A stretch of 64,000 nucleotides of DNA from a virus: IMG/VR virus record IMGVR_UViG_3300048929_000691, one strand, 5' to 3'. The translations under genes were made by a program, and so were the position numbers. A model generated the notes under the pieces. The model ran no database searches. It was not told the origin of the DNA and saw only the letters and a program-made list of their open reading frames with translations. Below, one piece after another: positions 1-10,121 of the stretch; within the stretch, counting starts at the first letter, position 1, and the number at the start of each line of letters is the position of its first letter.

Positions 1-1683
1 GCTACTTATACTAAAGATTATTTCCAAAAACATTACTTATATTTTGCAAGTACTGAACAATATATGGAAAAAGAATTATATGGTAAATCTGTTTATACAT
101 CAGAATATTTTGCAGATAAAATAAAAGTAGTTCATTCATCAGAAGGTCCAAGAGGAATCCTTGGAGGCTTGATTACTATTGATACAAGTTCATTAAATGC
201 CTTTGATGAATTAATTATAAATAAAGATTTTGAAAAGTATAAGGATGAGCCAGAGGAAACCTATGTATTCCTTCCAATAACTGCACCGTACTGCCCATTT
301 GCTAATTCTCCAAATGGAAGATATGGAATTGGTATATTAAAGGAATATATATATCCAGTTCCAACAACTGATCAAGAAATCGTGGATTTTGCAATAGATG
401 AGCTTGAGAAAAAATATAAGGATTTAAATGAAGTTATATCAGATTTTAATCTATTGGAAAAAAGTAAATATGGAGCAACAATTACATGGACTTCTAGTGT
501 TCAAACATTAATTGATGTTAGTAAAGAAGTTGGAGACATGATTGGAGCAAAAGTTACAAGACCAGATTTTGATGAAAATATCAAGGTAAATCCAGAAGTT
601 ATTTTAACAGCAACAATAACACATGGAACTGGCGCTGGAGCATTTAAAGGCGAATTCCAAAAGAAGGTTATAGTTAGAATGAAGGGAATGACAGATTCTA
701 AAGCTGTACAGTTAGATATTAATGGTATAAAACTTCCTTCAGAAACAAAAGGTCCAAAGATAGATCTACCTATAAGTGGTGCTAATGGAAGTACAATAAG
801 TTGGGTATCTAAGATGCCTGATGCAATTACCAATGATGGTTTAGTAACTAGACCAGCTGTAGGAGCAGGAGATGCAACTGTAACTTTAACTGCAACTGCT
901 ACAAAGATTGATCCGATTACAAAGAAAGCTACACAGTTATTAGAAACATTTACAGTTACAGTAAATCAATGGACATTAGAAGATGAAATAGCAGATGCAA
1001 GAGCCCAAATCACATGGGATTTAGTAAAAGGAAAAAATACAGATTCCCAAGCAATAACTGATAATTTAAATTTACCTACAACTATAGGAACACAAGGAGT
1101 AACTGCGAAATGGTCAGTTGTTGATGCAACTTGTGTAGATGCAGCAACAGGAAAAGTTACAAGACCTGCTTATACTAAAGGTCAAATTACATTTACATTA
1201 AAATGTGACTTATCTTTAACAGGGTTAAAAGACATTGCAACTATTACTTTACCAGTATATATTGTAGCGCCACTTCCTATAAGTGATGCTGAGGCAGTAG
1301 CTGCTGTTAAAGGCTTAGTAGAACCACATTTATTTATTGGAGATAATAAATCAGTAAATGAAATAACAACTGATATGACCTTGCCAAATTTAATTGATTC
1401 TAATGTAGATTTAGTAGGGGTTACAATAAAGTGGTCATTAGTTGATGCTAGTGGAAAAGATGTAACCTCAAGTGATTATATAGCTTTAATACCAGGAGCA
1501 TCAGTAACAACAGCTAAAATCACTAGACCTATATATGGAAAGGAAAATGGAAAAATAACATTGAAAGCTACAATTTCTAAAAATTCAGAAACTTCTTCTA
1601 ATCCTTTCCCATTAATAATTTTAAGTTTACCTCAAGATACAAAATCTCCTACAGATACTACAACACCTACAACAAAAAGCTAA
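1..1683 (+). CDS. Virion protein with four tandem bacterial Ig-like (aBig_2-type) domains; 5' truncated by window edge
   Basis: The frame is open from base 1 (GCT ACT TAT...) into the ATG at 64, so the true start lies upstream. Four repeats of L-P...G.TI.W.S...G.VTRP...V.LTAT, typical of atrophied bacterial Ig domains. Confidence 0.75.
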   Translation, partial: ATYTKDYFQKHYLYFASTEQYMEKELYGKSVYTSEYFADKIKVVHSSEGPRGILGGLITIDTSSLNAFDELIINKDFEKYKDEPEETYVFLPITAPYCPFANSPNGRYGIGILKEYIYPVPTTDQEIVDFAIDELEKKYKDLNEVISDFNLLEKSKYGATITWTSSVQTLIDVSKEVGDMIGAKVTRPDFDENIKVNPEVILTATITHGTGAGAFKGEFQKKVIVRMKGMTDSKAVQLDINGIKLPSETKGPKIDLPISGANGSTISWVSKMPDAITNDGLVTRPAVGAGDATVTLTATATKIDPITKKATQLLETFTVTVNQWTLEDEIADARAQITWDLVKGKNTDSQAITDNLNLPTTIGTQGVTAKWSVVDATCVDAATGKVTRPAYTKGQITFTLKCDLSLTGLKDIATITLPVYIVAPLPISDAEAVAAVKGLVEPHLFIGDNKSVNEITTDMTLPNLIDSNVDLVGVTIKWSLVDASGKDVTSSDYIALIPGASVTTAKITRPIYGKENGKITLKATISKNSETSSNPFPLIILSLPQDTKSPTDTTTPTTKS

Positions 1684-1689
1684 AAAAAT

Positions 1690-4488
1690 ATGAAAAGAGA
1701 TTTATCCTTTAATATAGGACTTAAAAGGACTAATCAAGTATCTTTCAACATAGGGAGCGATAAAAAGCTCTCCCTATGTTGTACTATGGTAAATATTCCA
1801 GAAGAAGAAAAGCTAAAGATACAAAATGATTCAATTTTTGTAAGCAAAAAATATAAGGAAGTTAGTTTTAGTGATGCTTTAATTAATTTTATGGAAAATG
1901 GAAAACCATTATATATATATGATGAATTGTTTGTAAAAAAGTATTCAAAGGACATTTTTAATAGTAATCCATTAATAAATATGTCATTACCTTCATATAA
2001 AAAAGAATTAAAGATATATGAGCAGGAAAAAATGCTTTTTAGCCCATATAAATATGATGCTACTATGAAAAAACAAATAACTGCTAATGTTTCAAATAGG
2101 AGAAATCTTAACTTATATAAGGAAGAATTCGTCTTTAAAAAATTAATAGAAACTAATGATTTAAGCAGAGATCAGCAGATAGTAAGCAGAGGAAAGATAA
2201 TATTCCAAACTATAAATACTATTGAAAGACTCAAAAAGTCTATAAGATATCATAGCTTAGATATACAAACTTTGCTAGGCATGTCTGTTAATTCAAAAAG
2301 TATGAATGATAGATTTTCTAATTATTTTCTAGATATAAAAAACAGATATATATTTTATTTAAATAATTGCTTTTTAAATATAGACAACAGAGAAATGTAT
2401 TATTTAGATAACGAGTTTGTAAGTATAAATAATAGAGATCTATATTACTTGAAGGAGCAGTATACCATAGAAAAGCATGGGGTTAAAGCACAGGAATATT
2501 TAAAGAATTCTTTAATTTCAAAGGATATAAAGCCTTTAGAGCTTCAGTATAAAGATTATTATATATTTAAGTCTGGATCATTTTTAAAGCGTCAATATGA
2601 AGATTATTCAGTGTCTAAGGCAAGCTCATATTTAAAACGTCAATATGAAGATTATTTTGTAAATAAAAATATTATTGATGCATTTAGAGAATATAAATAT
2701 TTCTATATAAATAAAGGCGATAAGTTTACAAATAGAGAGTATAGAGATATAAGTCTTTACAAAGATAATGAGAGTATTCAAATAGATGACAGCATGTTAA
2801 ATGCTGCATTAGATGGAAGTGCTACTCAAATAAATGAAATTAACTATTTTGCAGCAAATGAAGACAAAAAAATGTATATTGATGATAAAAATTATTTTGT
2901 AACTACTGATTTAGACAGTATAAGAATGTATGATACTTTTGGTATTGGCACTTATGACAGAAATATCAGCTATATATGTGATTTATTAAATTCTCATTTA
3001 GAAAATAAGAAACTTTATATGCTGGAGCATGAGTTTATGGGTAAAGATAATGAGGGTATAAACTTAGAAAATCATGAATTTGTTCATAAAGATAATGAGA
3101 GCATAAACTTAAAAGATAATGTATCGATGGTGGATCTTAATTCAAAAGGAATATTTAAAGATTATGATATATTAGGATTAAAAGTAGAAAAGCATTCAAG
3201 AATCATTGAAGATGAGTTGACTTTAAATAAGAAATTCAATGAAATGAAACATATGTCTGAGGAGTATTTCATTTATAAAAAAGAACTTAAATCAGAAACA
3301 AGCAAAAATCTTGATCAGCCTAAAATTGATTATATTGTTAAAGAGGTACATGTAAATAAGTTTAAAGATAAGAAATCATTCAGAGATAACTATGAATTTG
3401 TATCAGTAATTAACTCCTATGAAGATTGGAATGAAGAGGTCAATAATGGGCTTATAGATGAGCTCTTGCTTCCTCATAAGGATTACAATTATACATCCTT
3501 TTTAAGAGAACTTATAGATAGTGATGGCAAGATAAAGCCAGAATATATAACTGATTATGATGCGATCAGCATGAGATATACAGTTAAACTTCCAATTGAA
3601 AATCCAATTGAAGTTTATAACTATATAGGAAGAGATTATATTGATTTAGATGTAGGATTTTTAAAATATTTTATAACCTTACTTGAATCAAGATGGAAAG
3701 CAAGTATATATAAGTATGCTGCAATGTATGCTGTAGATGTTTTAAGTGATATGATGGAATTTTTATATGATTTTTTTGAGAAAAAGTACCCTCATGATGA
3801 AGCAAAGATGAAAATGGCTGAAAGGTGTATACAACTTTTTAGATGGTATTCAGAAATGGCCATATTAAACAATTGCAAATATGAGGTAGAATTTGCAACA
3901 AAGAAGATAAGTGTTGATTATGCACATAAAAGCTTAAATGATTTTAATAATATGACAGTGCTTAATAATATGACTATCACTGATAATTATATATTAGAGC
4001 CTATAGATAAGACTCTTCCATGCAACATAACATTTGTAAATACTCATAAACAGCAAATTCCTAAGTTAGATTTACATTTTAAGCTATACAATTGTAATTC
4101 ACAGAGCAGTATATTAATTACTGATAATGATAATAATGTTACAGAAACTATTTATGAACCAGGAATATATGAGTTAAATTTAGAATTAGAAAATAAAATA
4201 ACTATTCAGTATGAGCCAACAGATATCAATCAAAGTATTGCAATATCAAGTGCAAGCATAGCAAATTATCCAACAAGAAACTTTACTGTAAGATATAAAG
4301 GAAAACTAGGAGATGTTAATCCTATTCTCAAAGATTTATTCAATAAGCTTTTACTTGTTACAGATGGAGAAAAAGCTACAGTAACAAATTTAGCACCTGC
4401 TACAATTGCAATATATAAGATGATTGAATATTTTGATTTACATCATACTGATAAATTAAAAGGTAAACGACTTACCATTAAAAAATAA
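1690..4488 (+). CDS. Uncharacterised 932-aa structural protein with central 15-16-aa repeats (probable beta-solenoid)
   Basis: Long ORF tightly packed in the structural operon. Periodic repeats such as KSGSFLKRQYEDYSVS/KASSYLKRQYEDYFVN; 48-nt DNA repeat at 2583 and 2631. Confidence 0.6.
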   Translation: MKRDLSFNIGLKRTNQVSFNIGSDKKLSLCCTMVNIPEEEKLKIQNDSIFVSKKYKEVSFSDALINFMENGKPLYIYDELFVKKYSKDIFNSNPLINMSLPSYKKELKIYEQEKMLFSPYKYDATMKKQITANVSNRRNLNLYKEEFVFKKLIETNDLSRDQQIVSRGKIIFQTINTIERLKKSIRYHSLDIQTLLGMSVNSKSMNDRFSNYFLDIKNRYIFYLNNCFLNIDNREMYYLDNEFVSINNRDLYYLKEQYTIEKHGVKAQEYLKNSLISKDIKPLELQYKDYYIFKSGSFLKRQYEDYSVSKASSYLKRQYEDYFVNKNIIDAFREYKYFYINKGDKFTNREYRDISLYKDNESIQIDDSMLNAALDGSATQINEINYFAANEDKKMYIDDKNYFVTTDLDSIRMYDTFGIGTYDRNISYICDLLNSHLENKKLYMLEHEFMGKDNEGINLENHEFVHKDNESINLKDNVSMVDLNSKGIFKDYDILGLKVEKHSRIIEDELTLNKKFNEMKHMSEEYFIYKKELKSETSKNLDQPKIDYIVKEVHVNKFKDKKSFRDNYEFVSVINSYEDWNEEVNNGLIDELLLPHKDYNYTSFLRELIDSDGKIKPEYITDYDAISMRYTVKLPIENPIEVYNYIGRDYIDLDVGFLKYFITLLESRWKASIYKYAAMYAVDVLSDMMEFLYDFFEKKYPHDEAKMKMAERCIQLFRWYSEMAILNNCKYEVEFATKKISVDYAHKSLNDFNNMTVLNNMTITDNYILEPIDKTLPCNITFVNTHKQQIPKLDLHFKLYNCNSQSSILITDNDNNVTETIYEPGIYELNLELENKITIQYEPTDINQSIAISSASIANYPTRNFTVRYKGKLGDVNPILKDLFNKLLLVTDGEKATVTNLAPATIAIYKMIEYFDLHHTDKLKGKRLTIKK

Positions 4489-4502
4489 CGAGGTGAACTA
4501 AA

Positions 4503-4865
4503 ATGGTTAAATATCAAGTTCAATTTAAGCCAATAAATACAGCTAATAATACTCCAATTACTAATACAAGTGCTTGGTCAGGAGTTGGATCAAGTACAGC
4601 TGCGGGAGATTATGATTGTGCCTTATATTATACAAGGACAAGCTGGCCAACAGACAGTGACTCCATATGGAGATATAATGGATGGGTTCAAGCAGCAAAT
4701 TTTAGAAAGATACCACATTCTGTTTGGGCAGTATTTTCAGTGGCGGATACAATTAAACAAGCTATGAAGATAGCAAAACCTTTAATGCAACAATATGGTG
4801 TTGATAATGTACAAATAGTTCAAGTAGTTCCAGCTTCTACTGAAATTGTATTTGAGGAACAATAA
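4503..4865 (+). CDS. Hypothetical 120-aa virion protein
   Basis: Good RBS (GAGGTGA) and tight packing; no recognisable motif. Confidence 0.6.
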   Translation: MVKYQVQFKPINTANNTPITNTSAWSGVGSSTAAGDYDCALYYTRTSWPTDSDSIWRYNGWVQAANFRKIPHSVWAVFSVADTIKQAMKIAKPLMQQYGVDNVQIVQVVPASTEIVFEEQ

Positions 4866-4870
4866 CAGAG

Positions 4871-5938
4871 ATGTCTAGTTTAGCTAAATCATCATCTGGA
4901 TTACTATTTTCAGAAAAATTTGATGGCGATATATCTCTATTGTGGGATTTAAGCCCGAATAATCAAGATAGAGTCGTTCAAAATAACGACTCTATCTCTT
5001 TATTACAGGGAAATGAAAACATAGAATTATTAATACCAATACCTACTGAAAATCAGTATGTGGTACAGAGCAAAATAGCATATACTCCAGGATCACAAGA
5101 TGACAAAGCTGGAATTTTGTTGAGGTCAGTAACGGATTCTGTAGTTAATTTCGAAGTCTGTGGTGATGATAGTATTATTTGTACAAATATGAAGACTTGT
5201 ATAGATGAATATGGAATATTATATGCATATGCATCTTCAGATAATGGCACTACATGGAAAAATTATGGTAACACTAAACTTGTTAATATGAATAATTTAG
5301 GTTTCTATAACTATGGAAAAAATAAAGAATTAAAAATATATGATTGCATAATGTATAAAAATAATTATGTTACTTTTAATAATTTTGATAGAACAACATA
5401 TATTAAGCTTTTTCAAGCTGGTGTAGAAATAACAAATGATTTTGATATTAAAAAATATAATACGAGAATCGTTTTAGACTGTATCGATAAGCTATTTCCG
5501 TTAAATAATATTGAAGTTAAAGTTTACAACAGAAGCGATAATAAAGAAATTGCAGCTCAGGTTTTTAATGAGATCTATGGTGGGGATATATACGAGTTTA
5601 ATTATAATTTGGAATTCAAAATAAATAATGACATATTAGATTCAGAAAAAATGTACGATTTAGGGAAAATATCAAGTGATACAATTTTTAATTTAACTGT
5701 AACCAATAAAGAGCCTTACAGCATAATAGGGAAAAGTTTAAAGGTAACCTATCATTCCCTATTAAATAGAGCATATGAATATGTGGATATAGCAGAGGAA
5801 ACTTCAGAGAAATATTATAAATCAATAGAAGCTTCTTTTACTCCAGGGGAATCTAAAATATTTAAATTAAAAATAACTAAAGACGTACTATACTCTGAAA
5901 TAAATAGTGATTATGAATTCTCAATTATATTGGAATAG
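4871..5938 (+). CDS. Structural protein with N-terminal ConA/LamG-like beta-sandwich
   Basis: LLFSEKFDG...W start and DKAGILLR pattern resemble lectin-like jelly-roll domains of phage structural proteins. Fold call is inference. Confidence 0.5.
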   Translation: MSSLAKSSSGLLFSEKFDGDISLLWDLSPNNQDRVVQNNDSISLLQGNENIELLIPIPTENQYVVQSKIAYTPGSQDDKAGILLRSVTDSVVNFEVCGDDSIICTNMKTCIDEYGILYAYASSDNGTTWKNYGNTKLVNMNNLGFYNYGKNKELKIYDCIMYKNNYVTFNNFDRTTYIKLFQAGVEITNDFDIKKYNTRIVLDCIDKLFPLNNIEVKVYNRSDNKEIAAQVFNEIYGGDIYEFNYNLEFKINNDILDSEKMYDLGKISSDTIFNLTVTNKEPYSIIGKSLKVTYHSLLNRAYEYVDIAEETSEKYYKSIEASFTPGESKIFKLKITKDVLYSEINSDYEFSIILE

Positions 5939-5948
5939 GGTGATTTAA

Positions 5949-7256
5949 ATGTCAATTAAGTTAAAAGTTACAGGAAAAGAAATCACAACAAATGCCCATT
6001 ATCTTTTAGGTGGATTAGATAAACCTAGCCAGCATCCAATATCAGCTATAATAGGACTCCAAGACGCTTTAGATAGTAAATATATAAAGCCAATAGGTGG
6101 AATTCCTGCCTCAGATTTAGCTGAGAAATATGTATCTCAAAGTGCATTGGATAATCAAGCTGCGGCAATGCAGTCGTTATATGCATCTTGTAGGATTTTA
6201 ATAGATAAAAATACAGAAAATATATCTGAAAATACTACAAATATTAAAATTAATGAAGGCAATATAACTAAAATTAATACAGAATTAGATGAAATAAATA
6301 ATAGATTAATTAAGATTCCAGATAAAGATACTATTTTTAATGGAAGCAGTTCAATTCATCAGGAAAAATTTGAAGCCACAGATAATAATAAAATATTTAA
6401 AGCTTCTATATTAGATACAGATTTAAAGGTGATAACACCAACCATAATTAAAGATAATGTATTGTATAAAGGAAATTATACAGTTGATTATCCAAATGAT
6501 ACAACTTTAGAGATTAAGTTTGAGGAAAATGGAACATATTTAATTAATTATCTTTCAGGACCAGTAAGCGAAAGCGAATATGAGGTGCTTTTAAAGTATT
6601 TAAAAATTCTTGAAGATAGGATGCTTAAATATAGTTCTGGAAGTATAGTAAAACCTGCTCATAATGTGCAATATGTTTATGATGAAACTAGCGGGAATTT
6701 ATTACAGGAAATATATAAAGGAAACATTAATAAAACTGTTAAATATGAATATGACGGAAATGGCAATATATCTAAAAAAACAGTTATTCAGGATGACACT
6801 ATTAAAACTGCAACTTATTCTTATGATAATAATAGTAATCTTATTGGTGTTGATGATACTGGAACTGATATTCCAATAGATGGGACAAGAGCTAAAAGCT
6901 TTACCTGCACTATAACCTATGATGAAAATAGTAATGTTTTAAAGGAAGTTTATGCAGGTGATATAAATAAAACAATTGAATACACCTACAATAATTATTC
7001 AGATGTCTTAACAAAAACTGTTACAGAAGATGGTACAACTAAAAGTGCAAAATATATTTATGATCAAAATAGAAAACTAATAGAGATAGTTGATAATGGT
7101 ACTGAAGCTGTGGCAATCGTATTTTCTGCTTCAAATACAAATGGATCTGGTTCAAATACTGGTGGAAGTTCAGGCGAATCATTGAATGATTTTGATCCAA
7201 TTGCAAAAGCAGATATTGATTTAATATTTAATACAATTTTTAAGGAGCTGGTGTAA
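5949..7256 (+). CDS. Structural/fibre protein with phage-tail-repeat motif, coiled coil and two YD/RHS-like repeat blocks
   Basis: HPISAIIGLQDALDSK motif; heptad-like segment; duplicated ~75-aa block (YVYDETSGNLLQEIY...YEYDGNGNI...YSYDNNSNL / ITYDENSNVLKEVY...YTYNNYSDV...YIYDQNRKL). Confidence 0.6.
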   Translation: MSIKLKVTGKEITTNAHYLLGGLDKPSQHPISAIIGLQDALDSKYIKPIGGIPASDLAEKYVSQSALDNQAAAMQSLYASCRILIDKNTENISENTTNIKINEGNITKINTELDEINNRLIKIPDKDTIFNGSSSIHQEKFEATDNNKIFKASILDTDLKVITPTIIKDNVLYKGNYTVDYPNDTTLEIKFEENGTYLINYLSGPVSESEYEVLLKYLKILEDRMLKYSSGSIVKPAHNVQYVYDETSGNLLQEIYKGNINKTVKYEYDGNGNISKKTVIQDDTIKTATYSYDNNSNLIGVDDTGTDIPIDGTRAKSFTCTITYDENSNVLKEVYAGDINKTIEYTYNNYSDVLTKTVTEDGTTKSAKYIYDQNRKLIEIVDNGTEAVAIVFSASNTNGSGSNTGGSSGESLNDFDPIAKADIDLIFNTIFKELV

Positions 7257-7259
7257 AGA

Positions 7260-10058
7260 ATGAGTGGATTTAATGTAGAAACATATGAAATATTCAAAAA
7301 GAAAAATAGCACTGCAAATGAGGCAAATTATGATAATCTGTCAAATAGAGTAACGGTATTAGAAAATAATTTAATGAGCATAAACAGCACCTTTACTTAT
7401 GATTTTTCTAATGATGATTACATAGATTTTTATAAATCTACTGTAACTATGACTTCAAAGGGTATTATACCAAAACAGTACTTGAAAACAACTTTCATAG
7501 ATTTTAATAAGGATGATAGTTATGTAGATTATGATAATTCTTCTGATATTAAATGGCAGGATAATCAAATATTATTAAACAGTACTTCTGTTTTAACAGG
7601 TACGTTAAGATTATCGTCTATTGATGTTGATAAGGCTGTAGGAATGAGATTTGACTGTGATTACAAGAACAAAGATAGTATTTCATCAATATCGCCACAG
7701 GATATAAGGGATGGTAATTTGTGGTTTGTATCTGAAGTAGATAATTTTGGAAGGCTCTGGGTAATAAGTTCAGAACAATTTAGTTGTGGAACAACAAATA
7801 AAGCACATGTTAATATTTTTAATACTGATGGAACAATATACAAGTCATTTGATTTAGAAAATAAGGCATTGTTTGGTTCTACAGATACAGTTGCAGCATA
7901 TCCTATGTTTGGAAGTGGAATGAAATTTACTGATGAGAATATAGCTGTTATAGTAACAAGAACTCATCCAGCATATAGAAATGGTGGTAATCCAGAAGGA
8001 AATGTAAATAATGATTATTATGATTTTAATACATTTATGGATAAAGTAATATTAATAAATGATCATGGAGATTATAATGTACTTGGATATTACAGTGGAC
8101 AATATGTTAGAAGATATTATACTGCTGACTTTGGAGGATTTTCAAAACCAGATATTTTCACAGATGCTGATTATATTTATATCCAAACTGGATCATATAC
8201 TGAAATAATGGATTTTGATAACAGTTATTTAAATACTAGATACAAGAATTTCATTGCATTTAAAATAACTGGTAGTTTAGCAACTAGTTTAACTAATATA
8301 GAATTAGTTAAACAAATGTATAGGGGAAGTTTCCCAAGAACAACTGGGAATGAACCTGGAAACTATAAGTATACTCATTTTAGATCATCTAATGCAATAT
8401 ATAACCCTGATGGTAAAGAATTTTACTATACTTTTGGACAAAGTAAAGATTATATTTTTGACAGTAACTATATAAGCCAAATATGTTCAATGCAAGTAGG
8501 TATAAATTATGTTGATAAGGTATTTAATAGTGAAGGCTCTGTTAATGATATAAATTTTGTTCCATTAAATCCAGTTAGTGATAAGATAGTAATCTATAAT
8601 CATCCAGGATTTAATGGAATGTTTTATGCAAGTAATGGGAGATTATACATCTTTGGAAATGATACATCAACAAATAAAGCTTTACTAAACTGTTATATTC
8701 CAGATTGGACAAGTAGAAAATCAGGTAAGCTTAATGTTAACAATACTATTTCAAAGACTATGAATCTTCAAACTAACAGTTTATGTATTCCAGCTCGTGG
8801 TGGTAATTATCCATTTGCAGATTGTCCTAATTATAATATATTTACACAATATATGAAGGTGATAGAATATGATAATAAGTTACATTTAGTTTATTTTGCA
8901 CCTTTAAGTGATACTACAAGAACATTATGTTTGAAATATATGTCATTTGATTATGATTTAAATCAAGTAATAGAAGAAACTGTTTTATGGCAGCAAACAG
9001 ATAAGAAATTTACAATATGTGATTATGATGTTGAAATATTTAATGGTGATTTATTAATTATATATTCATTGGGCAATCCTAATGATTTTACATCGTCAAA
9101 CACTGCATCAAAAATATACAGTATTAAAATAGGAAAAGTAACTTCGAATATAAAATTCTATTATTTAGATGACGTAAAAAGAATATGGACAAACATAAAC
9201 AGCGGGGATGAAGCGAAGTTTGAAAGTCCAGTATCTAAAATTACTATGAAAGCTGTTTTAGAGTCTGACACATATAACTGTTCTCCAACAATAAATAGTA
9301 TGACAATACAAACCTGGAATAATAATAATGGGACATCAAGACAGTCGGAATATTATTCAAAGAGAATTGATGAAGTTCAAGATGATGGTAAAGGTGTCTT
9401 AAGTGCAGATTATGAAGAAAATGATGGAGTTATAGATTGGTTTGTAAGCTATGATGGAGGAAATAATTATAATAAGATAAATCTAAATGAAGAATTTATA
9501 TTTACCCATTTAGATGCACCAGATTTCAGAGTTAAAGCAGTAATGAGTGTTACAGATAATGCTAAAAAGCTTCCTATTATTCATAGTTATACCTTAAAGA
9601 CAAATTCTTTAGTATTACATTCTGATTTAGAGGAAATACAAATAAATTTAATAAAGACAAATTTCAAAATTGATACTTATACAAAAGCATCTAAAAATGG
9701 ATTAATGAAAATGACCATAGATACTTTATCAGATGAAAACTTTATTGATCAGAAAAAGAGTAATTATACTTTCTATAATTCTTATGGCTATGCAGGTGGG
9801 GTTCTCCTTCAAACAAAGCCAGAGGAAGTAAGTGAAAAAGTAGGGAGCATATTATTATCAGTCGATGAAATATGTGAAAATCCTAATAGCAAAATAGTTT
9901 ATTCTGCATCTGCAGATGGTGGAGCAACCTTTAAAGAAATAAAACCAAATGTTAAAACTCAGCTTACAAATACAAATTCAGAGAAAGATCAAATTGTTAT
10001 GAAAGCTGTATTTTATGAAGGTGCTAAATTAAATGCATGGGGATGGGCATGGGATTAA
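7260..10058 (+). CDS. Large 932-aa virion structural protein, central region possibly beta-propeller
   Basis: Long ORF with RBS (AAGGAG), beta-rich aromatic composition and repeated W/Y.(V)S.DGG..(Y/F) motifs near the C-terminus. Confidence 0.55.
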   Translation: MSGFNVETYEIFKKKNSTANEANYDNLSNRVTVLENNLMSINSTFTYDFSNDDYIDFYKSTVTMTSKGIIPKQYLKTTFIDFNKDDSYVDYDNSSDIKWQDNQILLNSTSVLTGTLRLSSIDVDKAVGMRFDCDYKNKDSISSISPQDIRDGNLWFVSEVDNFGRLWVISSEQFSCGTTNKAHVNIFNTDGTIYKSFDLENKALFGSTDTVAAYPMFGSGMKFTDENIAVIVTRTHPAYRNGGNPEGNVNNDYYDFNTFMDKVILINDHGDYNVLGYYSGQYVRRYYTADFGGFSKPDIFTDADYIYIQTGSYTEIMDFDNSYLNTRYKNFIAFKITGSLATSLTNIELVKQMYRGSFPRTTGNEPGNYKYTHFRSSNAIYNPDGKEFYYTFGQSKDYIFDSNYISQICSMQVGINYVDKVFNSEGSVNDINFVPLNPVSDKIVIYNHPGFNGMFYASNGRLYIFGNDTSTNKALLNCYIPDWTSRKSGKLNVNNTISKTMNLQTNSLCIPARGGNYPFADCPNYNIFTQYMKVIEYDNKLHLVYFAPLSDTTRTLCLKYMSFDYDLNQVIEETVLWQQTDKKFTICDYDVEIFNGDLLIIYSLGNPNDFTSSNTASKIYSIKIGKVTSNIKFYYLDDVKRIWTNINSGDEAKFESPVSKITMKAVLESDTYNCSPTINSMTIQTWNNNNGTSRQSEYYSKRIDEVQDDGKGVLSADYEENDGVIDWFVSYDGGNNYNKINLNEEFIFTHLDAPDFRVKAVMSVTDNAKKLPIIHSYTLKTNSLVLHSDLEEIQINLIKTNFKIDTYTKASKNGLMKMTIDTLSDENFIDQKKSNYTFYNSYGYAGGVLLQTKPEEVSEKVGSILLSVDEICENPNSKIVYSASADGGATFKEIKPNVKTQLTNTNSEKDQIVMKAVFYEGAKLNAWGWAWD

Positions 10059-10121
10059 AACATATTAAAGAAATCTTAACAGTATTATTGTTGAATAATC
10101 AATGGAAGGGGGGAAGTATTT

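Noticed and set aside
1910-1920. (TA)5 tract in the 1690 gene as a phase-variation switch
   Set aside because: It is in frame and simply encodes LYIY; useful only as a control showing such tracts arise from codon usage.
10059-10121. Shared late-promoter motif (TATTAA-containing) in intergenic gaps at about 10.06, 15.66, 52.55 and 56.5 kb
   Set aside because: The hexamer is expected by chance at this AT content and the flanks do not align.
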